A stretch of 64,000 bases of DNA from an uncultured bacterium (lineage in GTDB: Bacteria; Patescibacteriota; JABMPQ01; CAVVCK01), in the NCBI GenBank assembly GCA_963746775.1, contig CAVVCK010000002.1, positions 303,592-367,591 on the forward strand, read 5' to 3'. The notes below the pieces were generated by a model. That model worked only from the letters and a program-made list of their open reading frames with translations. It was not told where the DNA came from and made no database searches. Below, one piece after another: positions 9,715-18,952 of this stretch. The translations under genes were made by a program, and so were the position numbers. Position 1 is the first letter of the stretch. Every line of letters begins with the position of its first letter.

Positions 9715-10860
9715 ATGTATATAGGCAAAATAGAAACTGGTCGATCATATAAAAAAATTATTGCCCTCTTTATAATTTTAAGCATTGGCTTAATTGGTTT
9801 TGTAATTTACAATTCTTTTTCCAGTGCCCGTATTACTATCACGCCTAAGCATGAAATAGAAGAAGTTACTTTTGAAATGCCGGTGGGCAACACTGAGGTA
9901 GAAGGACAGCCTAGTCAATTATCATTGCCAGGCAAAGTGCTAACCCGTGAATCAGAATTAAAAGAAACATACAATGGCTTGGAAAATAAATTGGTTGATG
10001 CTCATGCCCACGGCAAAGTAACTATATATAATAATCTAGACACTGCTCAAGCTCTCGTGCCTAAAACACAATTAAGATCAGCTAAGACTGGTTTAATTTT
10101 TCGTCTTAATAGTTATGCTGGAGTACCTGCTCATGGACAAGTAGATGTATCTGTTACATCTGACGATAAAGGAGAGAAAACAAATATCGAAGCAGATAAA
10201 TTTATTATAGTTAAGGTACGCCCAGACTGGCAAGATAATCTTTACGCCGAAAGCACAAGTAAAATGGAAGGTGGCGCTAAACAAGGTAAGGTAGCTACAG
10301 ATGAAGAAATAGAAAAAGCCAAAAGCCAAGTGGCAGAGAGTGCCCATAAAATAAATTTAGAAAGTTTTAAAAATGAGCTTAGTGGTGATGAAAAAATTTT
10401 AGAGCAAGCTACTAAAATTGAAATACTAAATTACAAACCTTTTGTGGAACTTGATCAAGAGGTAGAAAACTTTGATATGTATGTACAAATAAAAAGTGTA
10501 GCCGTGATCTTTGATGAAAAGAAATTATTTGACCAGGCTCAGACAAGATTAGAAAATAATGTTACTGATAACAAAGAATATTTAGGACACATACCAGAAA
10601 GCTTCCATTATGAAGTTACCCACTATGACCAAAATAAAAACTATGCTATACTAAAAACAACTTTACAGGGCAATGTTGTTTATAAGTTAACCACAGAAAA
10701 TTTTGATAAAGAAGAATTGGTAGGCAGAACACATGATGAGACCGTGCAATATTTTCAAAAAGATGGTAATATAGATAGTATCGATGTAAAGCTCTTCCCC
10801 TTCTGGGTACGATCAATACCCAATATGCAAGATAAAATTAAAATAATTATTAATAAATAA
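9715..10860 (+). CDS. membrane-anchored baseplate J-like domain protein
   Basis: N-terminal TM; AHGKVTIYN, LVPKTQL, GLIFRL, VPAHGQVDV, MEGG, VKLFPFWV pattern resembling a common CPR family. Confidence 0.6.
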   Translation: MYIGKIETGRSYKKIIALFIILSIGLIGFVIYNSFSSARITITPKHEIEEVTFEMPVGNTEVEGQPSQLSLPGKVLTRESELKETYNGLENKLVDAHAHGKVTIYNNLDTAQALVPKTQLRSAKTGLIFRLNSYAGVPAHGQVDVSVTSDDKGEKTNIEADKFIIVKVRPDWQDNLYAESTSKMEGGAKQGKVATDEEIEKAKSQVAESAHKINLESFKNELSGDEKILEQATKIEILNYKPFVELDQEVENFDMYVQIKSVAVIFDEKKLFDQAQTRLENNVTDNKEYLGHIPESFHYEVTHYDQNKNYAILKTTLQGNVVYKLTTENFDKEELVGRTHDETVQYFQKDGNIDSIDVKLFPFWVRSIPNMQDKIKIIINK

Positions 10861-10980
10861 TTATTTTTCTGCATCCACCACCAACAAAAATAAATCAATT
10901 TATATATAAAACAAAAATATAATTCTGCCCTTACCCATCCATGGAGGGTTAGAGCAGAAAATGAAAGGAGGTGATATAAA

Positions 10981-11148
10981 ATGGCTAAGAAGAAAAAAAG
11001 AGCAACTAAGAAAAGAAAAAAAACTACTTCAAAGAGAAAACCAGCTAAACAAGTAAAGAGAAAGAAATGTGCTGCTAAGACAAAGTCTGGTAAGGCTTGT
11101 AAGAAGTATGCAGTTGGTAAAGGCAAATATTGTGAATCACATAAATAG
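10981..11148 (+). CDS. small Lys/Arg-rich protein with C-terminal CCCH motif (55 aa)
   Basis: MAKKKKRATKKRKKTTSKRKPAKQVKRKKCAAKTKSGKACKKYAVGKGKYCESHK*; AAAGGAGGTGA RBS; own terminator. Confidence 0.9.
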   Translation: MAKKKKRATKKRKKTTSKRKPAKQVKRKKCAAKTKSGKACKKYAVGKGKYCESHK

Positions 11149-11171
11149 ATTTGATATTCAGATACAAAAAC

Positions 11172-11208
11172 AAAAAACACTGTCAGTCTAGAATGGCGGT
11201 GTTTTTTT
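11172..11208 (+). terminator. intrinsic terminator
   Basis: AAAAAACACTGTCA...TGGCGGTGTTTTTTT (with G-U pairs). Confidence 0.8.
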
Positions 11209-11271
11209 ATTTATTTGCCTTTAAATAAATGCTTATGCTATACTTTATACATAATTTTATAATTTAAACTT

Positions 11272-13005
11272 ATGAAAAATGATATAGAAACAATCCGCCA
11301 TTCCCTAGCCCACGTTATGGCTCAAGCTGTAAATAGAATTTATAAAGAGGTAAAACAAGGTGTAGGACCAGCTATAGATGACGGTTTTTATCAAGATTTT
11401 GATATTGATAAAAAAATAACACTCAAAAATTTATCAGAAATCGAGTCTGAAATGAAAAAAATAATTTCAGAAAATTTAGAATTTAGGAAAGAAATGATAT
11501 CAAAAGACGAAGCACTTAAATTATATAAAAATGATCCTTATAAAACTGAGTTGATCAATGAAATGAATGATCAAGAAATTTCAGTTTATAAATCTGGTGA
11601 GTACACTGATTTATGTAAAGGACCACATGTTAAATCAACAGGTGAACTAAAAAATATAGCTTTCCAATTGAATAGATTAGCGGGCGCTTACTGGCGCGGT
11701 GATGAAAAGAATAAAATGATGCAGAGAATCTACGGACTAGCTTTCGACAATGCTAAAGAGTTAAGAAAACATTTAGCTAATCTTAAAGAAGCTGAAAAAA
11801 GAGACCATAGGAAGTTAGGCAAAGAATTGGGATTATTTGTTATTAGCGATAATATTGGTAAAGGCTTACCCCTAATAGCACCTAAAGGTGCAGTTATTAG
11901 AAAAGAAATATTAGATTATGAATATGAGCTAGAAAAAGAAGCAGGCTTTGAACATGTCTCTTGTCCTCATATTGCTCGTACCGAAATGTATAAAAAAACT
12001 GGCCATTGGCAGCATTATAAAGATGTTATGTATGCTCCTTTTGGTATAGACAATGAAGAATATGTGCTCAAACCAATGAACTGCCCTCACCATTATATGA
12101 TCTATGCTAGCGAGCCCAGAAGCCATAAAGATTTGCCCTATAGAATAGCTGAACCTGGCACTTGCTATCGTTATGAGAAAAGCGGTGAATTATCAGGATT
12201 ACTTCGAGTTAGATCTCTTACTATTGATGACTCGCATATTTTAATGACTGAAGATCAAGTCGAAAGTGAATTTAAAGCTTGTATTCAAATGATTGATAAA
12301 ATGTTTAAAGCATTTCAACTAAAAGATTATTATGTCAGATTGTCGTTATCTGATCCCCTAGATGCTGTAAAATATATTGCTGATTCTAAAACTTGGGATA
12401 AAGCCGGTAAAAAGTTGGAGAAAATTATTAAAGATAATAAATTAAAATACATAAAAGCTAAGGGTGAAGCTTCTTTTTATGGTCCTAAGATTGATTATAT
12501 TGTTAAAGATTCGTTAGGTCGCGAATGGCAAATGAGTACTCTGCAATTAGATTTATTTATGAGCAAAAGATTGAATCTTACTTACAAAGATGAAAATGGG
12601 AAGGAAAAAAATCCAGTAATTTTACATAGAGGATTAACTGGTTCGATTGAGAGAACTTTAGGTATTTTAATTGAACATTTTGGTGGTGCTTTTCCTTTAT
12701 GGCTCTCTCCCATTCAGGTTAAAATTATCCCCGTGTCTGATAAATTTATTAAAAATGCTCAAAAAATTGAAAAAAAATTAAAAGCAGAAAATATTAGATG
12801 CGACTTAGATGATCGGACTGAGTCCGTAGGTAAGAAAATAGCGGAAAATATTAAAGAAAAAAATCCTTACGCTATTGTTATTGGTGAGAGAGAAGCAAAA
12901 AGTGGTAAATTAGCAGTCCGAACTCGTGATCAAAAAACAATCGAAGAAATAGAGGTTGATAAATTTATTGAAAAATTAAAAGACGAAATTGAAAATAAAA
13001 AGTAA
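11272..13005 (+). CDS. thrS: threonine--tRNA ligase (no N-terminal TGS domain)
   Basis: IRHSLAH, DLCKGPHV, AGAYWRGD, KPMNCP, FYGPKID, HFGGAFPLWLSP. Confidence 0.99.
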   Translation: MKNDIETIRHSLAHVMAQAVNRIYKEVKQGVGPAIDDGFYQDFDIDKKITLKNLSEIESEMKKIISENLEFRKEMISKDEALKLYKNDPYKTELINEMNDQEISVYKSGEYTDLCKGPHVKSTGELKNIAFQLNRLAGAYWRGDEKNKMMQRIYGLAFDNAKELRKHLANLKEAEKRDHRKLGKELGLFVISDNIGKGLPLIAPKGAVIRKEILDYEYELEKEAGFEHVSCPHIARTEMYKKTGHWQHYKDVMYAPFGIDNEEYVLKPMNCPHHYMIYASEPRSHKDLPYRIAEPGTCYRYEKSGELSGLLRVRSLTIDDSHILMTEDQVESEFKACIQMIDKMFKAFQLKDYYVRLSLSDPLDAVKYIADSKTWDKAGKKLEKIIKDNKLKYIKAKGEASFYGPKIDYIVKDSLGREWQMSTLQLDLFMSKRLNLTYKDENGKEKNPVILHRGLTGSIERTLGILIEHFGGAFPLWLSPIQVKIIPVSDKFIKNAQKIEKKLKAENIRCDLDDRTESVGKKIAENIKEKNPYAIVIGEREAKSGKLAVRTRDQKTIEEIEVDKFIEKLKDEIENKK

Positions 13006-13021
13006 CATAGTTTAAACAATT

Positions 13022-13061
13022 AAGGCTCGACCTTTCTAAAGATTTAAGGTCGAGCCTTTTT
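13022..13061. terminator. hairpin/terminator between convergent genes
   Basis: AAGGCTCGACCTT-N11-AAGGTCGAGCCTT-TTT. Confidence 0.75.
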
Positions 13062-13082
13062 ATTTACTTATATTTTATACAT

Positions 13083-14495
13083 TTAAAAAAATATCTTAAA
13101 TATATTGAACAAATCCCAAAAGCTAAAACTATCACTTTCTTTTTTATCAATACTCCAAATACCTATTTTTTTTCCCCTAGCTTCATTTTCTTTTTCTTTC
13201 AACAAATCTAAATACTTTTCATTAGGAGGAAATGTTTTAACTTTAGCTAATCCTTCTTCTACGAGCTTAGCATTTACCAATTCACCATCGGCATAAATAA
13301 AAGCTAATACTCTGCCATACGGATCTATTTTCTGTTGATCATACTCTAATTCCACTTCTTTTTCATATAATAACTCTTTATTTCTGTTAGTTGCCTCGGA
13401 ATAATATTCTTCCCCTATTTCGGGTGTATCCATACCAATGTAGCGCACTTCCAAACCATCGTTCAGATATATTGTATCTCCATCATCAACATAAGTAACC
13501 TTGGCTTTATCTTTCTGAGAATCAAAAAATACATCGAAATTTACATTATTAGTACTTCCATTAAATAAACCAAAATTATTTATTATCTCTTCCTTCCCTT
13601 TATATACTTTTATTTTTTGATTAGATAAGTCCTTACTAGAAACAACTATTTCTCCCCGACCATCTCTATCAATATCATCAACAGAAACCACAACTCCAAA
13701 TTCATTATCAAATGTTTGCCATTCATTAAAAATGACCTTTTGTTTATTATATTTATATGTCTTACAAAAACTACCACCATTAGCTTGACAAACTACTATT
13801 TCATCGGTCCCATCTCCTTCAATATCACCAGAAGATATGTTTATACCACCTAAAAAATCATCTATAAAAGGAAAAAATTGAATTGGCAATAAATCACCTT
13901 TATTATTAAAAATTCTTACCTCAGATCTTACTCCTTCACCCGTTGCAGTTATTATTTCTATCAATCCATCACCATTAATATCACCAGTAGTTAATTTTAC
14001 TTCTCCATGATAATTAGAACTAAAAGGATAGAAAGAAATATCTAATTTTTCTCCTTTATAATTATAAACATTAATAGGATTACTGCCTTCTTTAGGAACT
14101 ATGATAATTTCATCTTTTCCATCTGAGTTAATATCACCAAGAGTTATATTCATTCCTTCTTTGTAATTTTCATAGTAAGGCACAAAATCATCATACTTTA
14201 CTTTGCCCTCTTGCGAAAATATTTTAATTTTTGATAAACCTGACTCAAAAGAAGTTACTATTTCATCAATTCCATCACCATCAATATCTCCACAGGCAAT
14301 TTCAACTCCACTATTTTGATCCAAAGAATTTATCCAAAATGTATTTGTTATATTCCCCTGAAAATTTATAACTCTTCCAAAAATATTCTGCTCATAAATA
14401 AACTCTGAAACAACATAAGGAGTTTCAGCTAATATTTGATGCAAGGGCAAAATAATAAAATACGCAATAAAAACAAGCCAGTATGACTTTTTCAT
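13083..14495 (-). CDS. secreted FG-GAP/VCBS-repeat protein fused to thermonuclease (SNase) domain
   Basis: Signal peptide; five (G/D)DIxxDGxxEIV/I repeats; DGDTI, VRYIGMDTPE, YGRVLAFIY, LVEEGLA. Confidence 0.9.
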   Translation of the reverse strand: MKKSYWLVFIAYFIILPLHQILAETPYVVSEFIYEQNIFGRVINFQGNITNTFWINSLDQNSGVEIACGDIDGDGIDEIVTSFESGLSKIKIFSQEGKVKYDDFVPYYENYKEGMNITLGDINSDGKDEIIIVPKEGSNPINVYNYKGEKLDISFYPFSSNYHGEVKLTTGDINGDGLIEIITATGEGVRSEVRIFNNKGDLLPIQFFPFIDDFLGGINISSGDIEGDGTDEIVVCQANGGSFCKTYKYNKQKVIFNEWQTFDNEFGVVVSVDDIDRDGRGEIVVSSKDLSNQKIKVYKGKEEIINNFGLFNGSTNNVNFDVFFDSQKDKAKVTYVDDGDTIYLNDGLEVRYIGMDTPEIGEEYYSEATNRNKELLYEKEVELEYDQQKIDPYGRVLAFIYADGELVNAKLVEEGLAKVKTFPPNEKYLDLLKEKENEARGKKIGIWSIDKKESDSFSFWDLFNIFKIFF

Positions 14496-14519
14496 ATTAT
14501 TATAAAATCAAATATTTTA

Positions 14520-15155
14520 TTATTTTTTATTACTAATTGAGTCCATCTTTAATTTTCCAGCTCCATTAGGATTAAAACCATTGCTAACTTCATCTCCATC
14601 TTTAAATCCATCTTTATCTGTATCAGGATTTTGGGGATCTGTTTGATATTTATACTCTTCAATATTAGTTAGCTTATCTTCATCACCATCTTCTAGAGCA
14701 TCGTTATATTCAAGAGGATCAAGATTATACACCACTTCCCATCCATCTGGTATATTATCATAATCCGAATCAGCTTCGTCCGCTTTAGTTCCTAATTCTA
14801 ACTCTTGTAAAGTAGTTAGACCATCTCCATCTTCATCCTGATTTTCATAAATATTTTGGTTAGCATTATTTTCTTGATTATCATTTGCAACCACTTCTAT
14901 TTGTTGTTCTACTTCATCTTGTATTGTAGTCGAACTATTATTTTTGAAAAAGAATAAATAAATTACTAAAAATATTACAATCAATATACTGCATATAACA
15001 AATAGGATTAAACCAAGCTTTAATAAAATATTCTTTTTTTTCTTCCTTAAGGGCAGCTCTTTTTTTTGTTCAAAGTGTTTATTAATATCATTCTTTATTC
15101 CACTCTCAAGTAATTTTCTATTTGGATTTGGATTTAAATTTTTATTTTCATCCAT
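14520..15155 (-). CDS. single-TM protein with TSP3-like Ca-binding repeats
   Basis: DEDGDGL, DSDYDNIPDGWE, DTDKDGFKDGDE..GFNPNG. Confidence 0.85.
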   Translation of the reverse strand: MDENKNLNPNPNRKLLESGIKNDINKHFEQKKELPLRKKKKNILLKLGLILFVICSILIVIFLVIYLFFFKNNSSTTIQDEVEQQIEVVANDNQENNANQNIYENQDEDGDGLTTLQELELGTKADEADSDYDNIPDGWEVVYNLDPLEYNDALEDGDEDKLTNIEEYKYQTDPQNPDTDKDGFKDGDEVSNGFNPNGAGKLKMDSISNKK

Positions 15156-15156
15156 A

Positions 15157-16089
15157 TTATTTTGTAGCTATTACTGTTAATGTTCCTTTCATATTGTTTT
15201 CTATATCATTTTTATTTTTAGAATAGAAGGTATAAGTTCCTATTTTCTGAGGAGTTAATTCCACTATTTGCTCTTCACCAGATTTTATTTCTTGATCTAT
15301 ATTTAGCTCATCTATTGTAAAAGTGTAATCGTTATCTATACTAGTAAGTTCTATTCTGGTAGCTTGCCCAACATTTATTTCTATTGTGTTAGGGTTAAAA
15401 ACATAGTCTGAAGCAGTAATCTGTACTATATTTTTTTCTTCCGTACTCTCTGCTGTATTATCAACAGCTTGTTGTAATTTTCCATCACCATTAGGATTAA
15501 AACCTTTATCTATTTCTTGCTTATCTGTAAAACCATCTTTATCAGTATCTTTCAAATTTGGATTAGTGTTATATGTTACTATTTCATCATAATCATTCAA
15601 TCCATCACTATCTGTATCAATTTTCTTCAGTATATTTTCTAAATTTGTAATATCTGACTTAGAAGCAAATCCTTCTGTTCCATTAATATCGCTACCAAGA
15701 TCCCCTAGCCTAGATTCAGTTTCACTTTTTAAATCAGCAAAAGCTTTTTCTAAAACTGTAATTTTTTCATTTTGTGCATTTAAATCTGAATCATCTTTCT
15801 GGCTTTGGACATAACTGTCTAATGAGCTAATTTTAGAATTATTTGCATAATATACCAAAGCAATTCCGCCAATTAGTAAAACACTTAAAAATAAGCTTAT
15901 AATTGCTAATAAATTAGATCCCCCACTTCTAGTTGGTTTATTTGGTTTTTGAGGTGTTTCAATTGTTGGATTTTCTTTTATTTTGTTCTCTATTTTTTGC
16001 ACCTTTCTATTGGGTATTTCATTCATTTTTTGTTGAATTACCGCTTGGGGTGAAGGTTTTTGCGGACTTTTAATGTCATAAGTAGCCAT
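15157..16089 (-). CDS. single-TM protein with TSP3-like repeats and cupredoxin-like C-terminus
   Basis: DTDSDGLNDYDE; FNPNTIEINVG...GTYTFYS...MKGTLTV. Confidence 0.8.
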   Translation of the reverse strand: MATYDIKSPQKPSPQAVIQQKMNEIPNRKVQKIENKIKENPTIETPQKPNKPTRSGGSNLLAIISLFLSVLLIGGIALVYYANNSKISSLDSYVQSQKDDSDLNAQNEKITVLEKAFADLKSETESRLGDLGSDINGTEGFASKSDITNLENILKKIDTDSDGLNDYDEIVTYNTNPNLKDTDKDGFTDKQEIDKGFNPNGDGKLQQAVDNTAESTEEKNIVQITASDYVFNPNTIEINVGQATRIELTSIDNDYTFTIDELNIDQEIKSGEEQIVELTPQKIGTYTFYSKNKNDIENNMKGTLTVIATK

Positions 16090-16166
16090 ACTTTTATTTT
16101 TAATTTATTAATATATTATAAATCTATTTAATACTTGTTTATTTGCTAATTTACGTAATATACTTA

Positions 16167-17375
16167 TTAAAAATCAGCTGTTTTTTTAAGTAAAAAATTA
16201 CCCCGATCTTGTTTTAACCAAAAAATATTAGTTACTGGTTCTAACACCCAAGTTCCAGATATTTCTTTCTGGTTATTTTTTAGTGTACCCATTAAATTCA
16301 GATTAAAATCACCCCTAGTTAAAATTTTCTTTCCTTCCCTATAGCCTGCATTACTATTTATTTTTGAAGTAAAAGCGCTAGTTTCTTTTTTAAAGGTAAA
16401 AACTCCATTAATATCACATTCCAAGCTTCTGCCGTCTGTATTTAAAATATTATATATCAAATTACCTGCAATACTACCATTACTTTGCAGAGTTGCTTCA
16501 AGTGTTTCAGAACTATAAGCTGCTCCAGTCATATTACCCTGCCATTTACCCTTAATGGTTGGATAATAATCTGCCTGACTATTTATATCACTCAACTTCC
16601 CTAAACCATTTGGATTAAAACCACCTTGCACTTCTTCCCCATCTTTAAATCCGTCACCATCAGTATCTGAATTTTTAGGATCAGTTCCATATTCATATTC
16701 TTTTTTATTAGATAGACGATCAAAATCTGGATCTTGATCAGCATCTCTTGCATCATTGGGATTTAGTCCATATTTCTCTTCCCATTCATTTGGCATACCA
16801 TCTTCATCAATATCTTCTTCCACCACAGGCTCTTTTTCTATAACTTCTACTGGTTGGTTATCTTCAGTTACAGGTTTCTTTATCCATTTATTATAAATAA
16901 ATATAATTCCAAAAATAAGAATTATGCCTACTACAACCAATGATATTATTTTTTTAATCAGGTTCTTTCTTTCTAAATTTTCAATACTTGGCCCAATATA
17001 CTTATCTTCTTCTTTGTTATTTATTGTTTTAGTTAAATCACTAGCAAATTGCTGCTCTTTCGGTTTTTCTGTTTCTTGAATATTGGACACTTCACTTTGT
17101 TCCTTACCATCATTTATAATTGGTAAATTTTTAGGTATTAGGTCTTCAGGTTCACCGAATTTGTTAATACCTGGATTAGAAGAAATTTTCTTTGTTGCTA
17201 CTTCAGGAAATTCTCGGCTTTTGATGCTTCTTTCTGGAACATTATTATTATTTTCCACTGATTCCTGAATGATATTAGTTGGATTAATATCATCATCTAT
17301 TCCTGGCAAATTAGCTGGAGGTTGAGCAACACTCGCTTGTTTTTGAGGTTGATTTGATTGTCCTTGTTGGTCCAT
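16167..17375 (-). CDS. single-TM protein with TSP3-like repeats and beta-rich C-terminal domain
   Basis: Disordered N-terminus, TM, DIDEDGMPNEWE, DTDGDGFKDGEE..GFNPNG. Confidence 0.85.
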   Translation of the reverse strand: MDQQGQSNQPQKQASVAQPPANLPGIDDDINPTNIIQESVENNNNVPERSIKSREFPEVATKKISSNPGINKFGEPEDLIPKNLPIINDGKEQSEVSNIQETEKPKEQQFASDLTKTINNKEEDKYIGPSIENLERKNLIKKIISLVVVGIILIFGIIFIYNKWIKKPVTEDNQPVEVIEKEPVVEEDIDEDGMPNEWEEKYGLNPNDARDADQDPDFDRLSNKKEYEYGTDPKNSDTDGDGFKDGEEVQGGFNPNGLGKLSDINSQADYYPTIKGKWQGNMTGAAYSSETLEATLQSNGSIAGNLIYNILNTDGRSLECDINGVFTFKKETSAFTSKINSNAGYREGKKILTRGDFNLNLMGTLKNNQKEISGTWVLEPVTNIFWLKQDRGNFLLKKTADF

Positions 17376-17505
17376 TTTTAAAAATATAATAAATAAATAT
17401 ATTAATGTTATTATACTACATTATTATAACTATTCCAAGCAATATTTTAAACTTGTAAAATTATTATTTTTTAGCTATTATTAGCAAACATAAAAAAATA
17501 AATTC

Positions 17506-18873
17506 ATGAAATATTTTATTAAAACATTTGGTTGTCAAATGAATAAATCAGACTCTGAGCGTATTTCTACCGTCTTGGAATATTTAAATTACAAGAAAAC
17601 AGAAAATATTGATAAAGCACAAATGGTTATTTTGAATACTTGTTCAGTTAGAGCTTCTGCTGAAAGCAGGGTTTTAGGATTAATAAAAAATTTAAAAGAA
17701 AAAAAGAAAAAAATAATTATTGGAATAACTGGTTGTATGATTCATATCAGACCAGATAAATTACAATCTGCAGGCGCTAACTTTTTATTTGATATCAAGG
17801 ATTTAAAAAACCTATCTCAAATTTTATCCCCATCGTACAGACAGGTTTCAAACCTGTCTCAACCCATCTCAAACCTGTCTCAACCCATCTCAAACCTATC
17901 TCAACCCATCTCAAACCCGTCTCAACACAATTCATCTCAAAAAAATAATTGCAATTATTTTAAAATTAGCCCCAAACACCAGTCAACTTACCACGCTTAT
18001 ATTCCTATTATGACCGGCTGTAATAACTTCTGTACTTATTGCGTAGTTCCCTATTCACGCCATCGAGAAATAAGCAGGCCATCGCAGGATATCGTAAAAG
18101 AAATAGAAAAATTAATTAAAAATGGATATCGAGCTATCACTCTCTTGGGTCAAAATGTAAATTCTTATGGCAATGACCTAAAAGATGAAATTAAATTTCC
18201 TGAATTACTTCAGAAAATTGCTTCTCTGTCTGGAGATTTTTGGATTTGGTTTGTTACTTCCCATCCCAAAGATATGTCAGATCAATTAATTAAGGTAATC
18301 GCCCAAGAAAAAAAAATATGTCCCTATATACATTTGCCCGTCCAATCTGGTAGCAATACAATATTAAAGGCTATGAACAGAAGCTATACTAGAGAAAAAT
18401 ATTTAGATTTAGTTAAGAAAATAAGAAAAAATATAAAGAATGCTAGTCTTTCTACCGATATTATAGTTGGCTTTCCAGGAGAAACAAAAAAGGATTTTCA
18501 AGATACAGCGGATATTTTTAAAAAATCAAAATTTGATATGGCTTATATCGCTAGATATTCTCCTCGTCCCAAAACTGCTGCTTTCAAGCTGAAGAATGAT
18601 GTTTCTAATTTAGAAAAAAGAAGAAGAGACGAAGCACTTGTTAAAATTTTAAAAAAAATTTCCTTAGAATTCAATAAAAAATTAATTAGTAAAACACTAG
18701 ATGTTTTAATAGAAGCTACATCAAAAAACGGATATTTAATAGGAAAAACTAAAACTTTTAAAACTGTAAAAATTAAACCCTCTAAAGAAAGTATTAATTT
18801 TCAAATTCCCAATATCTATAAGGTTAAAATAAAAAAAGCAGATAATTTTGGCTTGGAAGGAGATTTAATTTAA
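17506..18873 (+). CDS. miaB: tRNA-2-methylthio-N6-dimethylallyladenosine synthase
   Basis: TFGCQMN, NTCSVR, CNNFCTYC radical-SAM motif, LGQNVNSYG, TDIIVGFPGET. Confidence 0.95.
   Translation: MKYFIKTFGCQMNKSDSERISTVLEYLNYKKTENIDKAQMVILNTCSVRASAESRVLGLIKNLKEKKKKIIIGITGCMIHIRPDKLQSAGANFLFDIKDLKNLSQILSPSYRQVSNLSQPISNLSQPISNLSQPISNPSQHNSSQKNNCNYFKISPKHQSTYHAYIPIMTGCNNFCTYCVVPYSRHREISRPSQDIVKEIEKLIKNGYRAITLLGQNVNSYGNDLKDEIKFPELLQKIASLSGDFWIWFVTSHPKDMSDQLIKVIAQEKKICPYIHLPVQSGSNTILKAMNRSYTREKYLDLVKKIRKNIKNASLSTDIIVGFPGETKKDFQDTADIFKKSKFDMAYIARYSPRPKTAAFKLKNDVSNLEKRRRDEALVKILKKISLEFNKKLISKTLDVLIEATSKNGYLIGKTKTFKTVKIKPSKESINFQIPNIYKVKIKKADNFGLEGDLI
17835..17926 (+). repeat. REP-like palindrome followed by 21-bp tandem repeat (3 full + 1 partial) inside miaB
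   Basis: GTACAGACAGGTTTCAAACCTGTCTC then (TCAAACCTRTCTCAACCCATC)n encoding SNLSQPI. Confidence 0.9.
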
Positions 18874-18886
18874 ATTAATCTCCACA

Positions 18887-18914
18887 GTACAGATAAGTTT
18901 CAAACCTGTCTCTC
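18887..18914 (+). repeat. second, degenerate copy of the miaB REP-like palindrome
   Basis: GTACAGATAAGTTTCAAACCTGTCTCTC. Confidence 0.8.
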
Positions 18915-18952
18915 ATTCATAAAACCCTCCTCGACAAGAAATATATATAATC

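Noticed and set aside
10755-11180. 141-aa minus-strand Phe-rich ORF
   Set aside because: Antisense shadow of the K-rich mini-gene, which has the RBS and terminator
11272-13005. Short ThrRS lacking TGS domain
   Set aside because: Known variant in reduced genomes; editing and catalytic motifs intact
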